This document shows positions 18,594 through 28,439 of a stretch of DNA of 64,000 nt, piece by piece (positions within the stretch are counted from its first letter, which is position 1; every line of letters begins with the position of its first letter). Both the position numbers and the translations under genes were made by a program. Under the pieces are notes generated by a model, which searched no databases, was not told the origin of the DNA, and saw nothing but the letters and a program-made list of their open reading frames with translations. Source of the DNA: a virus; the IMG/VR virus record IMGVR_UViG_3300010885_052266, positions 1 through 64,000 of that record; one strand, given 5' to 3'.

Positions 18594-18770
18594 CGACGCA
18601 GCCACCTCCGCTTTCTCAGCCTGCAAGCTTCGTTCGATCAGACGGCGGATCGCTTCGGCACGGGATGGGAATTGGGGTTGCTCTCGGCGCCAGTCATCAA
18701 TCCGACGTAGGAACTCCTCCGTCGCCCGCATCTGGAAAATCTTATCATGGGTCAATGCCATGGGGTTCAT
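18561..18770 (-). CDS. Ribbon-helix-helix (Arc/CopG-like) regulator
   Basis: FQMRATEEFLRRIDDWRR...PSRAEAIRRLIERSL. Confidence 0.75.
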   Translation of the reverse strand: MNPMALTHDKIFQMRATEEFLRRIDDWRREQPQFPSRAEAIRRLIERSLQAEKAEVAASDRGPESNRRP

Positions 18771-18782
18771 GTATATGATGTG

Positions 18783-18816
18783 TTGACATGATGCAAGGGT
18801 GCATGTAATTACATGC
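18783..18816 (+). promoter_or_regulatory. TTGACA promoter overlapped by the perfect palindrome GCATGTAATTACATGC
   Basis: Lies between the divergent RHH gene and ORF 18877. Confidence 0.55.
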
Positions 18817-18876
18817 CAGCCGAACGGGGCGCTACCAACACCCCGCCCGGCCTAACCCAGAGCAGGAGACCGATCC

Positions 18877-19092
18877 ATGCCCGTGGAATTGCTGACGACA
18901 CCAGCCCGCGAGAAAGCCTGGTATGAGGGGTATCAGGCTGGCAAGGCGGGTCTCCCGCCTTTCGCGAACCCCTATTCCGTCGGGGCTTTGTTCGATCCCG
19001 AGCAGCTTGCCGAGTCGTGGATACAGGGCAGGCAAGCCGGAGTTGATCGCCGTTACACCAAACGCCGTCGACACGCATGGAACCGAGCATGA
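18877..19092 (+). CDS. Rmf/CrpP-like small protein
   Basis: AWYEGYQAG..G.....NPY...ESWIQG pattern. Confidence 0.55.
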   Translation: MPVELLTTPAREKAWYEGYQAGKAGLPPFANPYSVGALFDPEQLAESWIQGRQAGVDRRYTKRRRHAWNRA

Positions 19093-19400
19093 CCGACCCC
19101 CGCCACTCCTAACCCGCGCCAGCAACATCCAGTCGGCCCGGGCGCAGACATTCGAAGGTCTACGGGTAAAGGCCCGAGCGTTGGCCTGGTGCCACGGCGG
19201 GGAGATCGACTTCGATGTCCTTGGGATCGCCGGCGGGTCGACCGATCAGAACCTGCTGGTCGGCATGGTCTCAGACCTGGCGCGAATGCTGACCGCCGCC
19301 TGACGGCAAGACTCGACTCTGGGGTCCGGTTCACACATAGTTATGTTCTCACGAAGCTTGTTGTGGGTTTTCTCTTCCTCCTGTCACGGGACGCCATGCC

Positions 19401-20231
19401 ATGCCGAGCAACATCATCCCCTTCGATTTCGAGCGTAAGCGTGTCCGGATCATCAGAGACGAGAACGGTGCGCCGTGGTTCGTCCTGGCCGACGTGTGCC
19501 GGGTGCTGGAGATCGGCAACTCTCGCCAGGTCGCCTCCAAGCTGGACGATGACGAGCGTCGGAAATTGGACATGTCCCCAGAAACCTGGGGGGTCACTAT
19601 TAGTGACGGCGCCAACATCAATGACTTAGGGGCGGGTGAAGGCAACAATGAGGCGTGGATCATCAATGAGTCCGGCCTTTATTCCCTGATCCTCCGCAGC
19701 CGTAAGCCCGAGGCGAAGCGGTTCAAGAAGTGGGTCACGGCCGAAGTCCTCCCCTCGATCCGCAAGACGGGCGGGTATGGCACACAGCGCGACCCGATGG
19801 AGGCGCTGGACGATCCCGACACGCTGCGTAGCCTGCTCCTGAGCTATTCCGGCAAGGTAAAGACCCTCGAAGTCCAGGTGTCCACGCTGGCCCCGAAGGC
19901 CGAGGCGCTGGATCGCATCGCCACCACCGATGGCAGCCTTTGCATCACGGACGCGGCCAAGACGCTTCAGGTGCCGCCGCGCGAACTGTTCCGGTACTTG
20001 CGCTCCAACGGTTGGGTCTACAGCCGAGCGGGCGGGTCGGAGATCGGCTACCAGGAGCACATCAACGCCGGGCGACTGGAGCACAAGACCACCACGGTCA
20101 GCCGATCGGATGGCAGCGAGAAGGCCGTGACCCAGGTCAGGATCACTCCGAAAGGGCTGACCGGGTTGGCCATGGCGTTCCGCAAGAGCCAGCCTGTACC
20201 GGTTCAGGCGGTCAGCGCCAGTCTCCTGTAA
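19401..20231 (+). CDS. BRO-N + KilAC (ANT) phage antirepressor
   Basis: PWFVLADVCRVL, INESGLYSLILRSRKPEAKRFKKWVT, LAPKAEALDRI, QVRITPKGL. Confidence 0.92.
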   Translation: MPSNIIPFDFERKRVRIIRDENGAPWFVLADVCRVLEIGNSRQVASKLDDDERRKLDMSPETWGVTISDGANINDLGAGEGNNEAWIINESGLYSLILRSRKPEAKRFKKWVTAEVLPSIRKTGGYGTQRDPMEALDDPDTLRSLLLSYSGKVKTLEVQVSTLAPKAEALDRIATTDGSLCITDAAKTLQVPPRELFRYLRSNGWVYSRAGGSEIGYQEHINAGRLEHKTTTVSRSDGSEKAVTQVRITPKGLTGLAMAFRKSQPVPVQAVSASLL

Positions 20232-20460
20232 CCTCACGGCGCCGGCACGATGGCAAGGACAACCACCGCTGCTACGATGTAGCGATCATCCCCGACCATC
20301 CAGGCCAACGGCGGTCGACCAGGTATGAACGCCATCTGGCCTATAGCGAGTTTCGCTATCTGAAACTGTGTCGTCATTCATAAGAGTAGCCTGACATTCC
20401 GATTTCTCGAACACATAACACTGGAGTTGCGCCAAACATAAGAATGTGTTTATATGCATT

Positions 20461-20721
20461 ATGAATCCTGATTCCGTAGACCAGCTTGTCGCCCAGATCA
20501 GAATGCGAGCCACGACTTGTGGTCTGAGCAAGATCAGATTGGCGAAGCGCGCCAAACTTCATACCAACACGCTGAGGTTGATGGGGAGCGATCGCTGGAA
20601 TCCGTCCCTCACCACCCTTAGGAAGCTGACCGGCTTCCTGGCTACTTGTGATGTCCCTGGAGCGTCCGAGCAGGTGACCGAGAGGCAATCTGCCTCCACA
20701 CCGGAATGTTCGTCAACATAA
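20461..20721 (+). CDS. Cro/XRE-like HTH regulator
   Basis: GLSKIRLAKRAKLHTNTL...WNPSLTTLRKL. Confidence 0.7.
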   Translation: MNPDSVDQLVAQIRMRATTCGLSKIRLAKRAKLHTNTLRLMGSDRWNPSLTTLRKLTGFLATCDVPGASEQVTERQSASTPECSST

Positions 20722-20737
20722 TTTTGATCACACCTCA

Positions 20738-21316
20738 ATGACGGCGCCAGGAGGATCACCCACGGCGCCATATCGCCGCAAACCCGTCCAGTGGGAACGG
20801 CGCCTTCAGAAGGCCATCGTGCAGTTCCACGCGACCTGCCTGGTCAACCCCCTCGACGCCATACTCTTCGCCGTGCCGAACGGCGAGCTGCGCGACCCCG
20901 CCACGGCCGGTATGTTGAGCGGGAGACGGCGCAAGATCCCTGGGCTACCGAAGTTGAGCGACGCCGAGCTGATGCGTCCGGCCGGCCTCGGCGTGCTGCC
21001 CGGTGTGAACGATCTCGTACTGCTCCTGCGCCTGGCCGAAGTCATGCTGCTGGAAGTGAAGGTCCCGGAGAACGAGATGCACGCCGCCGGGCGATCCTCA
21101 GACGAGCAGAAGGCTTACCGGCGCGCAGTGACCGCGCTGGGCCATAACTACCGTCTGCTCGAATCGGTCGAGGACTATCAGCGCGTCCTGGTCGAGAAGC
21201 AGGTCCCGCTCCGGATCGTGTCGATGTTCCCGGTCCAGGTAGAGATGCCGCCGCCCCCGCCGGGACTGGTGATCCCGACGAGGTTCAGGCGAAAGCGCCG
21301 GATCAGCCCGAAGTGA
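20738..21316 (+). CDS. VRR-NUC family nuclease
   Basis: FAVPNG, GVLPGVNDL, LEVK, GRSSDEQ. Confidence 0.75.
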   Translation: MTAPGGSPTAPYRRKPVQWERRLQKAIVQFHATCLVNPLDAILFAVPNGELRDPATAGMLSGRRRKIPGLPKLSDAELMRPAGLGVLPGVNDLVLLLRLAEVMLLEVKVPENEMHAAGRSSDEQKAYRRAVTALGHNYRLLESVEDYQRVLVEKQVPLRIVSMFPVQVEMPPPPPGLVIPTRFRRKRRISPK

Positions 21317-21989
21317 ACAGGTCGCCCCACACGTAGACATCGGCCGTCGCGGCGGCGCCCTGCGCGGTGGTCAGCGACAACGTCGGCACGATGGTCTTGG
21401 CGTAGACCGTGTTGCCCGGGGTCGCGGCCACAGTCAGGTTGGTCACCAGGGCTGCGGTGGTCAGGGCCGAATAGGCCTGGCCCGCGGCCACGATCGCATC
21501 ACCCCCCTTCGACGCCGCGGAATAGATGCCGCCGGCGGCCGTGGTAAGCGAGATCGAGGCATTCTTCACGCTGATCTTGGTGACACGGAACGCCGAATTC
21601 CCCACGAACATCGAGATGGCCTGGTCGGTCGTGACGTTCATGTTGGCGCCGATCAGACGCCCGAGAAGGCCGCGATCCAGCGACACCCATTTCGCCGCGG
21701 CTGCCGTGGCGTCGACACACATGTACGTGCCGCCAAACGTCACGTTGACCCACAGCGAGCCGACCGCGTAGTCCTGGGTCGAGTCGTTGGACGCCGCCGG
21801 GTCGGTCGTGGCGGCGACGTTGTCGCGGCGCGCGGACGGTGTGTACCCCATGGCGAGGAATGCCGGAACGTCGCGGGTGTCGGCCTGTACGTAGCCGCTT
21901 GCGGTTGGTAGGTAAATGATACCCGTCGGCATGCCATACACCTGGGTATAGGCGGCCTGGGTCGGGGCCTTCATCGGGATGGTGGGCAC
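21303..21989 (-). CDS. Hypothetical, virion-protein-like
   Basis: DPAASNDSTQDYAVGSLWVN..YMCVDAT motif seen in tail and virion proteins; Ala/Thr-rich. Confidence 0.55.
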   Translation of the reverse strand: MPTIPMKAPTQAAYTQVYGMPTGIIYLPTASGYVQADTRDVPAFLAMGYTPSARRDNVAATTDPAASNDSTQDYAVGSLWVNVTFGGTYMCVDATAAAAKWVSLDRGLLGRLIGANMNVTTDQAISMFVGNSAFRVTKISVKNASISLTTAAGGIYSAASKGGDAIVAAGQAYSALTTAALVTNLTVAATPGNTVYAKTIVPTLSLTTAQGAAATADVYVWGDLFTSG

Positions 21990-21995
21990 TGCGGG

Positions 21996-22832
21996 TCACT
22001 CCGTCGTCGGGGTTGCTGGTGCCTTCCCAACGGACGAGGTCGGTTCCCGAGGCAATGCGGCCCCTGCCCCGGCCATGGCTCTCAGGCGCATCCGGGCCAG
22101 ATCAGCTACGCCGGGATCCGGCGATCTGGCCTGTTCCTCGTAGGCAGCCCTGAGCTGGTCTGGCGTCAGGAAGCGCGGCTCCCTGCTCTGCGCTGGCAAC
22201 TCTCGGGCCTCTGGATGGGACGCTCGTTGTCGCGCCGCGTCCATCTCGAAGGCTGCCACCATGTCGCGGACCGCGGACCGCTCGGCCGGCGTGGCCGGGT
22301 CGCGCGGCTTCGGGATGTCGGCGTGCAGTGACGGCACGGCGACCCTGGCAATAGCCTCCAGCGCCTCCATCTGCTTGATCAGCTGGTTGGCCTCCACCTC
22401 CAGCACGCCGATCAGCTTCGCAGCCGAGGGCCAGAAGTCGCTCACCTTGACCAGATCGGCATAGGTCTTGGGGTTAAGCACCAGCATGGGCAGGCCAGCC
22501 GAGGCCGCCATGACCGCATCGAGGCGACCATCGTAGAGGGGCCTGTCCGGAGGATTTCCCACGGCTTTCGTCAGGGGTCGTAACCAGCGGTCCAGGGCAT
22601 CCCTGGTGATCTTCAGCCGTAGAGCGGCGGCATAATCGCGTGCGGCAGCGCCGGCGGCTTCGCTCTGCCCGTCCGTCAACGGCTGCCGGTAGGGCCGCAT
22701 CTCCGGGTTGATCCACTTCCCAACCTCTTCCTCCAGCCAGGGCGCCAGGATCGGCACGCCCGGGGCGGAGGATCGCGCCGGGACATCGTGCCCGTCACGT
22801 CCCTGCGTCACCCGTTTTGCTAATTCGTTCAA
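21996..22832 (-). CDS. Probable helicase loader / replication accessory protein
   Basis: TTG start coupled to the initiator stop; FWPSAAKL motif; position downstream of the initiator. Confidence 0.5.
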   Translation of the reverse strand: MNELAKRVTQGRDGHDVPARSSAPGVPILAPWLEEEVGKWINPEMRPYRQPLTDGQSEAAGAAARDYAAALRLKITRDALDRWLRPLTKAVGNPPDRPLYDGRLDAVMAASAGLPMLVLNPKTYADLVKVSDFWPSAAKLIGVLEVEANQLIKQMEALEAIARVAVPSLHADIPKPRDPATPAERSAVRDMVAAFEMDAARQRASHPEARELPAQSREPRFLTPDQLRAAYEEQARSPDPGVADLARMRLRAMAGAGAALPREPTSSVGKAPATPTTE

Positions 22833-24016
22833 TGCACTGTCTCCAGTTCTGCTTCGACGTATCCGTCGATGATTGGTCCCGTGGTTGCTGCTTCGCCCAG
22901 GGCGACCCGGGCGGCCTCCTCCTGGTCTTCGATCTCGCGGAGCCAGGACAATCGGTCGTTGCTCGCCGGGGGCCGCAAAGGCTGGTCCGCCACGATCACG
23001 TCCTCCCACTGGCACGCCTTGAGCCAGACACAGGCCTGCCGGCGCAGTTGGACCTGCCGATGCAGGGCCTGGGTCCTGGCTGCGTTCAGCAGGATCATGG
23101 GATCCACGCCTTGCTGTCGGACCTTGAGGTAGGCGGCGCGGGCCTCGGCCTTGCGCTCCAGGCGGCCATAGGAGGCGAACCAAGTCTCGAATTCGCCCTC
23201 CATCGCCTCGTCCATCCCGGTGGGCCGCTTGAGCCGGGTCGTGCCCTGCCGGATGCGCTTTGGTGGTGCTGGAGGATCGGCGAGGGCCGGGCCTGGGCAC
23301 GGCTCCTGCGCCGGGGGGGCTGCGTCGATGGTGAGGGGCGCCCCGCTGGCAGGCGCGGCCATGGCGGGCGCAGGGGCTGGCCCCGGAGGCGCCGCTGGAA
23401 CCGAGACCGGCTCTACGGCGATGGGAGGTTTGGCATCCCCCGCATGCAGCCCAACCGCAGGGATATCCTGCTCGCCCGCTCGCTCATCCGCCAGGATGGG
23501 CGAAGCGAACGGCAAAGCCGGTTCGGCGACGAGAGAATCTTCCTTTCTTCCCTTCTTCCCTTTCTTAGATTCTTTAACTTCTTTTATCTTGGTCCCTGTG
23601 CCGTCCCTGTGCCGTCCCTGTTCGGTCCCTGTGCGGTCCCTGTCACCTGAAGCATCATCCGGAGCCAATTGATATAAGACGTAATTGTTTATCGTCCATG
23701 TGGTCCCGACTCTCGCATCGTTCTGGGTTTGCGACTCGCTGATCATGCCCTCGCGAATCATGTTTCGCAGCACCTTTCGGACCTTGTTCCGGTGCATCGC
23801 GATGCTCTCAGACAGCAGCCGTTCGGACGCCACCAACTGCCCCGTCTTTAAGGCCACCTGTCCCCAGCGGGTCCTCATCGTGCAAGGACGCCATGCCGCC
23901 ACTGACAGCATGAAGGCGAACAGGGCCGCCTCATGCCCGTCGGCGAAAACCGGATGGCCCCAGACCTTCCGGTAAAGCTTGATGTAGCCGATGTCCGAGT
24001 TCGCCGCCCCGCTCAT
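22829..24016 (-). CDS. Phage replication initiator (lambda O / replisome organiser-like)
   Basis: GYIKLYRK..., GQLVASERLL, GTTWTINNY..YQ; internal iterons. Confidence 0.8.
   Translation of the reverse strand: MSGAANSDIGYIKLYRKVWGHPVFADGHEAALFAFMLSVAAWRPCTMRTRWGQVALKTGQLVASERLLSESIAMHRNKVRKVLRNMIREGMISESQTQNDARVGTTWTINNYVLYQLAPDDASGDRDRTGTEQGRHRDGTGTKIKEVKESKKGKKGRKEDSLVAEPALPFASPILADERAGEQDIPAVGLHAGDAKPPIAVEPVSVPAAPPGPAPAPAMAAPASGAPLTIDAAPPAQEPCPGPALADPPAPPKRIRQGTTRLKRPTGMDEAMEGEFETWFASYGRLERKAEARAAYLKVRQQGVDPMILLNAARTQALHRQVQLRRQACVWLKACQWEDVIVADQPLRPPASNDRLSWLREIEDQEEAARVALGEAATTGPIIDGYVEAELETVH
23540..23643. repeat. Probable replication origin: 5 x GTCCCTGT iterons (11 bp period) beside an AT-rich tract
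   Basis: Iterons at 23592, 23603, 23614, 23625 and 23636, inside the initiator gene. Confidence 0.7.
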
Positions 24017-24408
24017 GATTGGGGCGCTCCAAGCGAGAATTTCGACATGTTGACAGCCCAGACTGTCCCAGCTTGCTGGTTGGGCTGATGCTGGGACCTG
24101 CCGACCAACCCGGCCTGGACCATCCTTCCAAACAGGTTCCGGACCGCGTCCGGGTGCATCTCGAATTCCTTCGACAACTCGCGTTCGGACGTGAGGACTT
24201 CCCCCGTCTTGAGTGGCACATCCCCCCACTGCGTCGTCACTGTACCGGGCACCGGGGCTGCGGCCGTCATCATCCAGACGAACAGACTCGCCTCAAGGCC
24301 ATTGCGGAAGACTGGGCTTTTCCAGACGTCGCGACTGATCAAGACAGCATGGGTATCGGGTCCGCTTTCCGCGATCATGCCCAAGTCACTTCGTGATATT
24401 TTCGACAT
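24013..24408 (-). CDS. Stand-alone paralog of the initiator N-terminal domain
   Basis: VWKSPVF..GLEASLF, WGDVPLKTGEVLTSERELS and GTVWAVN align with 22829..24016. Confidence 0.75.
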   Translation of the reverse strand: MSKISRSDLGMIAESGPDTHAVLISRDVWKSPVFRNGLEASLFVWMMTAAAPVPGTVTTQWGDVPLKTGEVLTSERELSKEFEMHPDAVRNLFGRMVQAGLVGRSQHQPNQQAGTVWAVNMSKFSLGAPQS

Positions 24409-24750
24409 TTTCAGCCATCCACTCGCTATGGAGGCCATTCCAGTGTTGAGCCCAGACCAATACGGTGCTACGATGCACAGCATCACCGGGTCACAACCGG
24501 GTTGCCCTCCGGTTCTGACTTGCCCCTCGGCCGCGACACGGCCGGGGGGTTCGTGTTTTGGGACCCTGACACACCGCAGGGTGGTTTGCAACAACCGTGG
24601 GTGTCAGACCCGACCCAGGGCCGGCGCGGCGAAGCACGATGCGGACCCACCTAACGAGGCGCGCGTGTCGGGCGGGCAATACTTGAAATAATTTCAGAAA
24701 TCACCATATAGACTATGGGCAATCACGCCCATTATACTGGAAATACTGAA

Positions 24751-25176
24751 ATGGCAAAGATACTCGCCGTATCGGCGGTTCTTACCCCGCACCAGCGGGC
24801 CGAGATACTGTCCCGCGTCACCCCGGCATTCACCCAGGTCTACTGCATGCAGTTTACCTGGGCCTATCGGGTCTCTCTTGGGTTTGGCTTCCCTCGTGGG
24901 GAGATCGAACTCGGCCTGGATGGGATTTACCGGGGGGATGACGCAGACGTCCTGATCGGCTGGGTTAACAACGGCCCTGTTCGCCACCAAAGACACAGGC
25001 CGGACGGCAAACTGGTCCATGTAACTCTGTCAACGCGACCCGGCACACCGCCGGCAGCATCGTTGGCGGGCATGCCAGAACGACCGGCCTGGCAGACGAT
25101 CGCTCCGATCGTTCTGAACATACGTCTGGCAAGACGGAACGCCACTACGCTTCGTCCTGACAATATGGCGGCATGA
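24751..25176 (+). CDS. 2H phosphoesterase-like protein (first HxT motif degenerate)
   Basis: RPDGKLVHVTLS second motif; first motif position reads CMQFT. Confidence 0.5.
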   Translation: MAKILAVSAVLTPHQRAEILSRVTPAFTQVYCMQFTWAYRVSLGFGFPRGEIELGLDGIYRGDDADVLIGWVNNGPVRHQRHRPDGKLVHVTLSTRPGTPPAASLAGMPERPAWQTIAPIVLNIRLARRNATTLRPDNMAA

Positions 25177-25306
25177 GCAACGCGGCACAGCCGCGAAACC
25201 CCGAGCAACGGGGTTGCCTGCATGTCGCAGGCATGAGGACATACTATGAGACACACCAAAGCACGAGACGCGCCTACCCGCTATCTTCGCGCAAGCGGAG
25301 ACCGCC

Positions 25307-25450
25307 GTGTTGACCTTCATCCTTGAGGCGATTGGTGTCGTGGTCGGAGCATATCTGCTTCTGACCGTCGTGCAATTTGTCGTCTATGGGTTCTTGTCAC
25401 TTTCCGTAGCGATAATAACATGGATAGTCGTCAGGAAACTGTTCTTCTGA
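25307..25450 (+). CDS. 47 aa hydrophobic peptide
   Basis: GGAG RBS + GTG; stop TGA overlaps the next GAAA motif. Confidence 0.45.
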   Translation: MLTFILEAIGVVVGAYLLLTVVQFVVYGFLSLSVAIITWIVVRKLFF

Positions 25451-25496
25451 AACCCGCTCCGGCGGGTCCCCGGCATTTCGCCGGGATGAGGAAACC

Positions 25497-25742
25497 ATGA
25501 TCCGAACCCGACTTTTTCGGTATGGCATTATCCGGGTCGAGGATAAGCATCTCGATCAGGACAAAGCGAACCGCCGCATCGACGCCCTGATCAACGAAGT
25601 TCACAAGGGCGTCCACGGAACCGGCGAGTTCCATATCCATGCCGATCATGTCAACGAACACGGCCTGTTCACTGGTCTGTTCTACGAGACGCCGACGTTC
25701 TTCCATCCTTGCAAGGAGACGAAGCTATGGAAACCCGCGTGA
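25497..25742 (+). CDS. Array gene, hypothetical
   Basis: Motif-derived RBS; stop lies in the loop of the next motif. Confidence 0.7.
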   Translation: MIRTRLFRYGIIRVEDKHLDQDKANRRIDALINEVHKGVHGTGEFHIHADHVNEHGLFTGLFYETPTFFHPCKETKLWKPA

Positions 25743-25783
25743 GCGGGTCGCCCCGCAATGACGCGGGCCTGAAAGACATCGCC

Positions 25784-25990
25784 ATGACATTGATCAGCCG
25801 CGATCCATTTGCCCGGCAGGAGCTACACCGCGTCTTGGTCGAAACCACGAAGGGTTGCGACTGGTGCGGCGGTAAGCGCCGGTCCGGCAAAAAGCTGTTC
25901 CAATACCAGACCGAGACAGATGGCGGCAGGACAAACCCCCACAAGGGCCTGTTCTGCGACAAGGACTGCCACGACTCCTACCACGGATAG
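25784..25990 (+). CDS. Array gene, zinc-finger-like (CDWC...FCDKDC)
   Basis: ATG after motif 25730. Confidence 0.7.
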   Translation: MTLISRDPFARQELHRVLVETTKGCDWCGGKRRSGKKLFQYQTETDGGRTNPHKGLFCDKDCHDSYHG

Positions 25991-26053
25991 GCAGTCCGCC
26001 ATGAAACCCGCTCCGGCGGGTCGCCCGCATCCCGCGGGCCAGAGGACCCCGAA

Positions 26054-26617
26054 ATGCAGTCCAACCTGCCCTTCTGCGACGATCCGTACGAGAGTGCGGA
26101 CGACGCCACGCTGCCCATGCCGACCCTGTGTCGTCCCGAGGATGGCCTGACCCCTGCCCCACCCCCCGGGTGGTTCAACGTCCTGTCCTACCTGAAGGAG
26201 GCGCAAACCCTGGATGTCGGCTGCTGGATCTGCGCCCTGCAAACTGTGCAGGAAGAGGAATACCAGCACGGCAAGAAACTGCACCGAGTGGCCCGCGACG
26301 GCGAAGGTAATCGCTACCTCGTGGTCCACCCCGACCTCGCCGAAGCGTGCTGCGACATGATCGAGTCTTTCAACTCGGCATTGATGCACTGCAACTGCGG
26401 CGGGTCTGATTGCCTGGCCGGACCGGAACAGTTCCGAGCCGCCCAGGTATTCGCGACACGCCGCTGGGCCGGCCTGACACTTTCGCAACGGATCGAAATT
26501 CTCGGCTCCTACGAGGAAGGTGATGACGACAGCATCGCAATTGCGATGCAGGGTCCAGCCATCGTATCTACGTTCGGAAACACCATGCTTTTGATGGAGG
26601 TCGCTGGACGTATCTGA
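26054..26617 (+). CDS. Array gene, hypothetical acidic protein
   Basis: Bounded by motifs. Confidence 0.7.
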   Translation: MQSNLPFCDDPYESADDATLPMPTLCRPEDGLTPAPPPGWFNVLSYLKEAQTLDVGCWICALQTVQEEEYQHGKKLHRVARDGEGNRYLVVHPDLAEACCDMIESFNSALMHCNCGGSDCLAGPEQFRAAQVFATRRWAGLTLSQRIEILGSYEEGDDDSIAIAMQGPAIVSTFGNTMLLMEVAGRI

Positions 26618-26666
26618 AACCCGCTCCGGCGGGTTGCCTGTATCCCACAGGCCAGAGGACAACAAA

Positions 26667-27137
26667 ATGATCCTTACATTCAACCGCGCCGGCGTTGAGA
26701 AAATGCTGGCTCACACGCTTGAAGCAAAAGAGCACAACCGAACTTTCGACACAACCGGCAAGCCCAAGCCCAGCCTATGGCTTGTGGGGGATCAGGGCAT
26801 TTACCTGATGTCCAACGGCAAGCCCGGCCTGAGCGCGGAGGACCCGGAGAGCCCCGAACGACAGTTCATCGTCTACGCCAACGAATGCAATCCGGATCGG
26901 ATGGCATTCGACGACTGGTGGGACATAAAACAGCGTTCGTTTGGAGGAGACGATGGCGTCGAAACAATTGACGCAACTTCGTTCCAAAAAGTTCTTCGAG
27001 AGGCGACCGGACCGCTCCGAATGTCGGTAACTGCGAGCATGATAGCGCTCGCGATCCCCAAGCCCGGCCCAGCGAAAGCGAGCAAGCTTTCGGGCAAGAC
27101 CCCTTCCCGGGGATCTGCCAAGCTGGCCCCGGCCTGA
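26667..27137 (+). CDS. DUF3085 family protein
   Basis: LWLVGDQGIYLMSNG, VYANECNP, WWD...FGGDDGVE. Confidence 0.75.
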   Translation: MILTFNRAGVEKMLAHTLEAKEHNRTFDTTGKPKPSLWLVGDQGIYLMSNGKPGLSAEDPESPERQFIVYANECNPDRMAFDDWWDIKQRSFGGDDGVETIDATSFQKVLREATGPLRMSVTASMIALAIPKPGPAKASKLSGKTPSRGSAKLAPA

Positions 27138-27194
27138 ACCTGAAACCCGCTCCGGCGGGTTGCCTGGCAATCCCGCCGGGCGTGAGAAACCACA

Positions 27195-27665
27195 ATGTCA
27201 AAGCACGGTTTTGACCCGCTCTGCCGGTCAGGCTTCGACATCGACGCGAACGAAGATGAGAGCCATTTCTACGAGGAATGGCTTGTCGTCTATTCGGCCG
27301 ACTTCGGCTCGATCCGGGAAGAATGCAACGCACACGCCTTGGTCAAAAGCCTGAACGACAAGGAAACGTATAGTTCCTGCATATACTACACGGACTGCGG
27401 TTCCTTCGTCGTTCTGGTTGACCCGGAGTGTGATACAGCCATCAAGACGGCTCAACTGCTTGTTGAGTTCATCGCGGCTGGCAACGATCTCGACCCCGCT
27501 AAATATCTCAAATCGTTGGACGAGGCGTGCCGGGACGACTGGTTCGAAGCCGACTTCTCCGAACGGGTCGATCTGCTGATGCTGGCCGATGGCGACATCG
27601 GCTTGGTGGTCAAATCTGACCCGCCCGACGTCGTAATGCCGTTCCTGCAAGAGCGACACGAGTGA
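27195..27665 (+). CDS. Array gene, very acidic hypothetical protein
   Basis: Bounded by motifs. Confidence 0.7.
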   Translation: MSKHGFDPLCRSGFDIDANEDESHFYEEWLVVYSADFGSIREECNAHALVKSLNDKETYSSCIYYTDCGSFVVLVDPECDTAIKTAQLLVEFIAAGNDLDPAKYLKSLDEACRDDWFEADFSERVDLLMLADGDIGLVVKSDPPDVVMPFLQERHE

Positions 27666-27716
27666 AACCCCCAAGGGGGTCACCTGCAATTCCGCAGGTC
27701 TGAAACAGAGGCCTCA

Positions 27717-27956
27717 ATGGCAACCGAATACCACGCCCTCTGGGAGGAAAGCGGAGACAACTGCCTGGACGATCGAAAGGTCGGCCAACTGCTGCGGCGC
27801 TGCGATCTGCCGAGCGCCTTCGCCTTCCTCCGGCTCATCGCGGGTCGAACGAAAGTCGCCCCGCTCTGCCTGATCCTGGACGACGGCAAAACGGCACTCA
27901 TCAAAGTGATCCCGGAAGCCGACTACAAGAAAGGCATGACATATCAGTCTATCTGA
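27717..27956 (+). CDS. Array gene, hypothetical
   Basis: Bounded by motifs. Confidence 0.65.
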   Translation: MATEYHALWEESGDNCLDDRKVGQLLRRCDLPSAFAFLRLIAGRTKVAPLCLILDDGKTALIKVIPEADYKKGMTYQSI

Positions 27957-28016
27957 AACCCGCTCCGGCGGGTCGCCCGCACCACGCGGGCCTGAATGAA
28001 AGGAACCATCCAATCG

Positions 28017-28388
28017 ATGCAAATCGAAATCGTGAACCGCTGCCCTCACGGCGTCACACTGATCGACTCCGAGGGCCGCCCCCGCACCTATGAGCAGGTC
28101 GGGCCAGCGGTTCGTATCGAGACCGAGGCCGGACCCGCTGTGGGTGTGGCTTCAGGCGTGCCGATCCATGCGCCGTCCCGGATCACCGGCATCACCAACC
28201 TGCCTCCCAAGCGGGACGGGACCGTGATTGTGGTGTCCAAGATCGCTGCCATGGAAATTGCCCGGCAGCTCCCGGAGCGAGACGACGTGGTCTACCCCGG
28301 ATCAGCACCAGACGAGAAAGCGGTGCGCTCTGGGGATGCGCGCCGTCGTGTGCTGGGCGTGACACGCTTGGTCCGCGCGACTGAATGA
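28017..28388 (+). CDS. Array gene, conserved-looking phage protein
   Basis: IVNRCPH...NLPP..GTVIVVS...DDVVYP pattern. Confidence 0.65.
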   Translation: MQIEIVNRCPHGVTLIDSEGRPRTYEQVGPAVRIETEAGPAVGVASGVPIHAPSRITGITNLPPKRDGTVIVVSKIAAMEIARQLPERDDVVYPGSAPDEKAVRSGDARRRVLGVTRLVRATE

Positions 28389-28439
28389 AACCCGGCTGGT
28401 CCGGGTCGCTGGCATTACGCCGGCATGAGGACCACGCAC

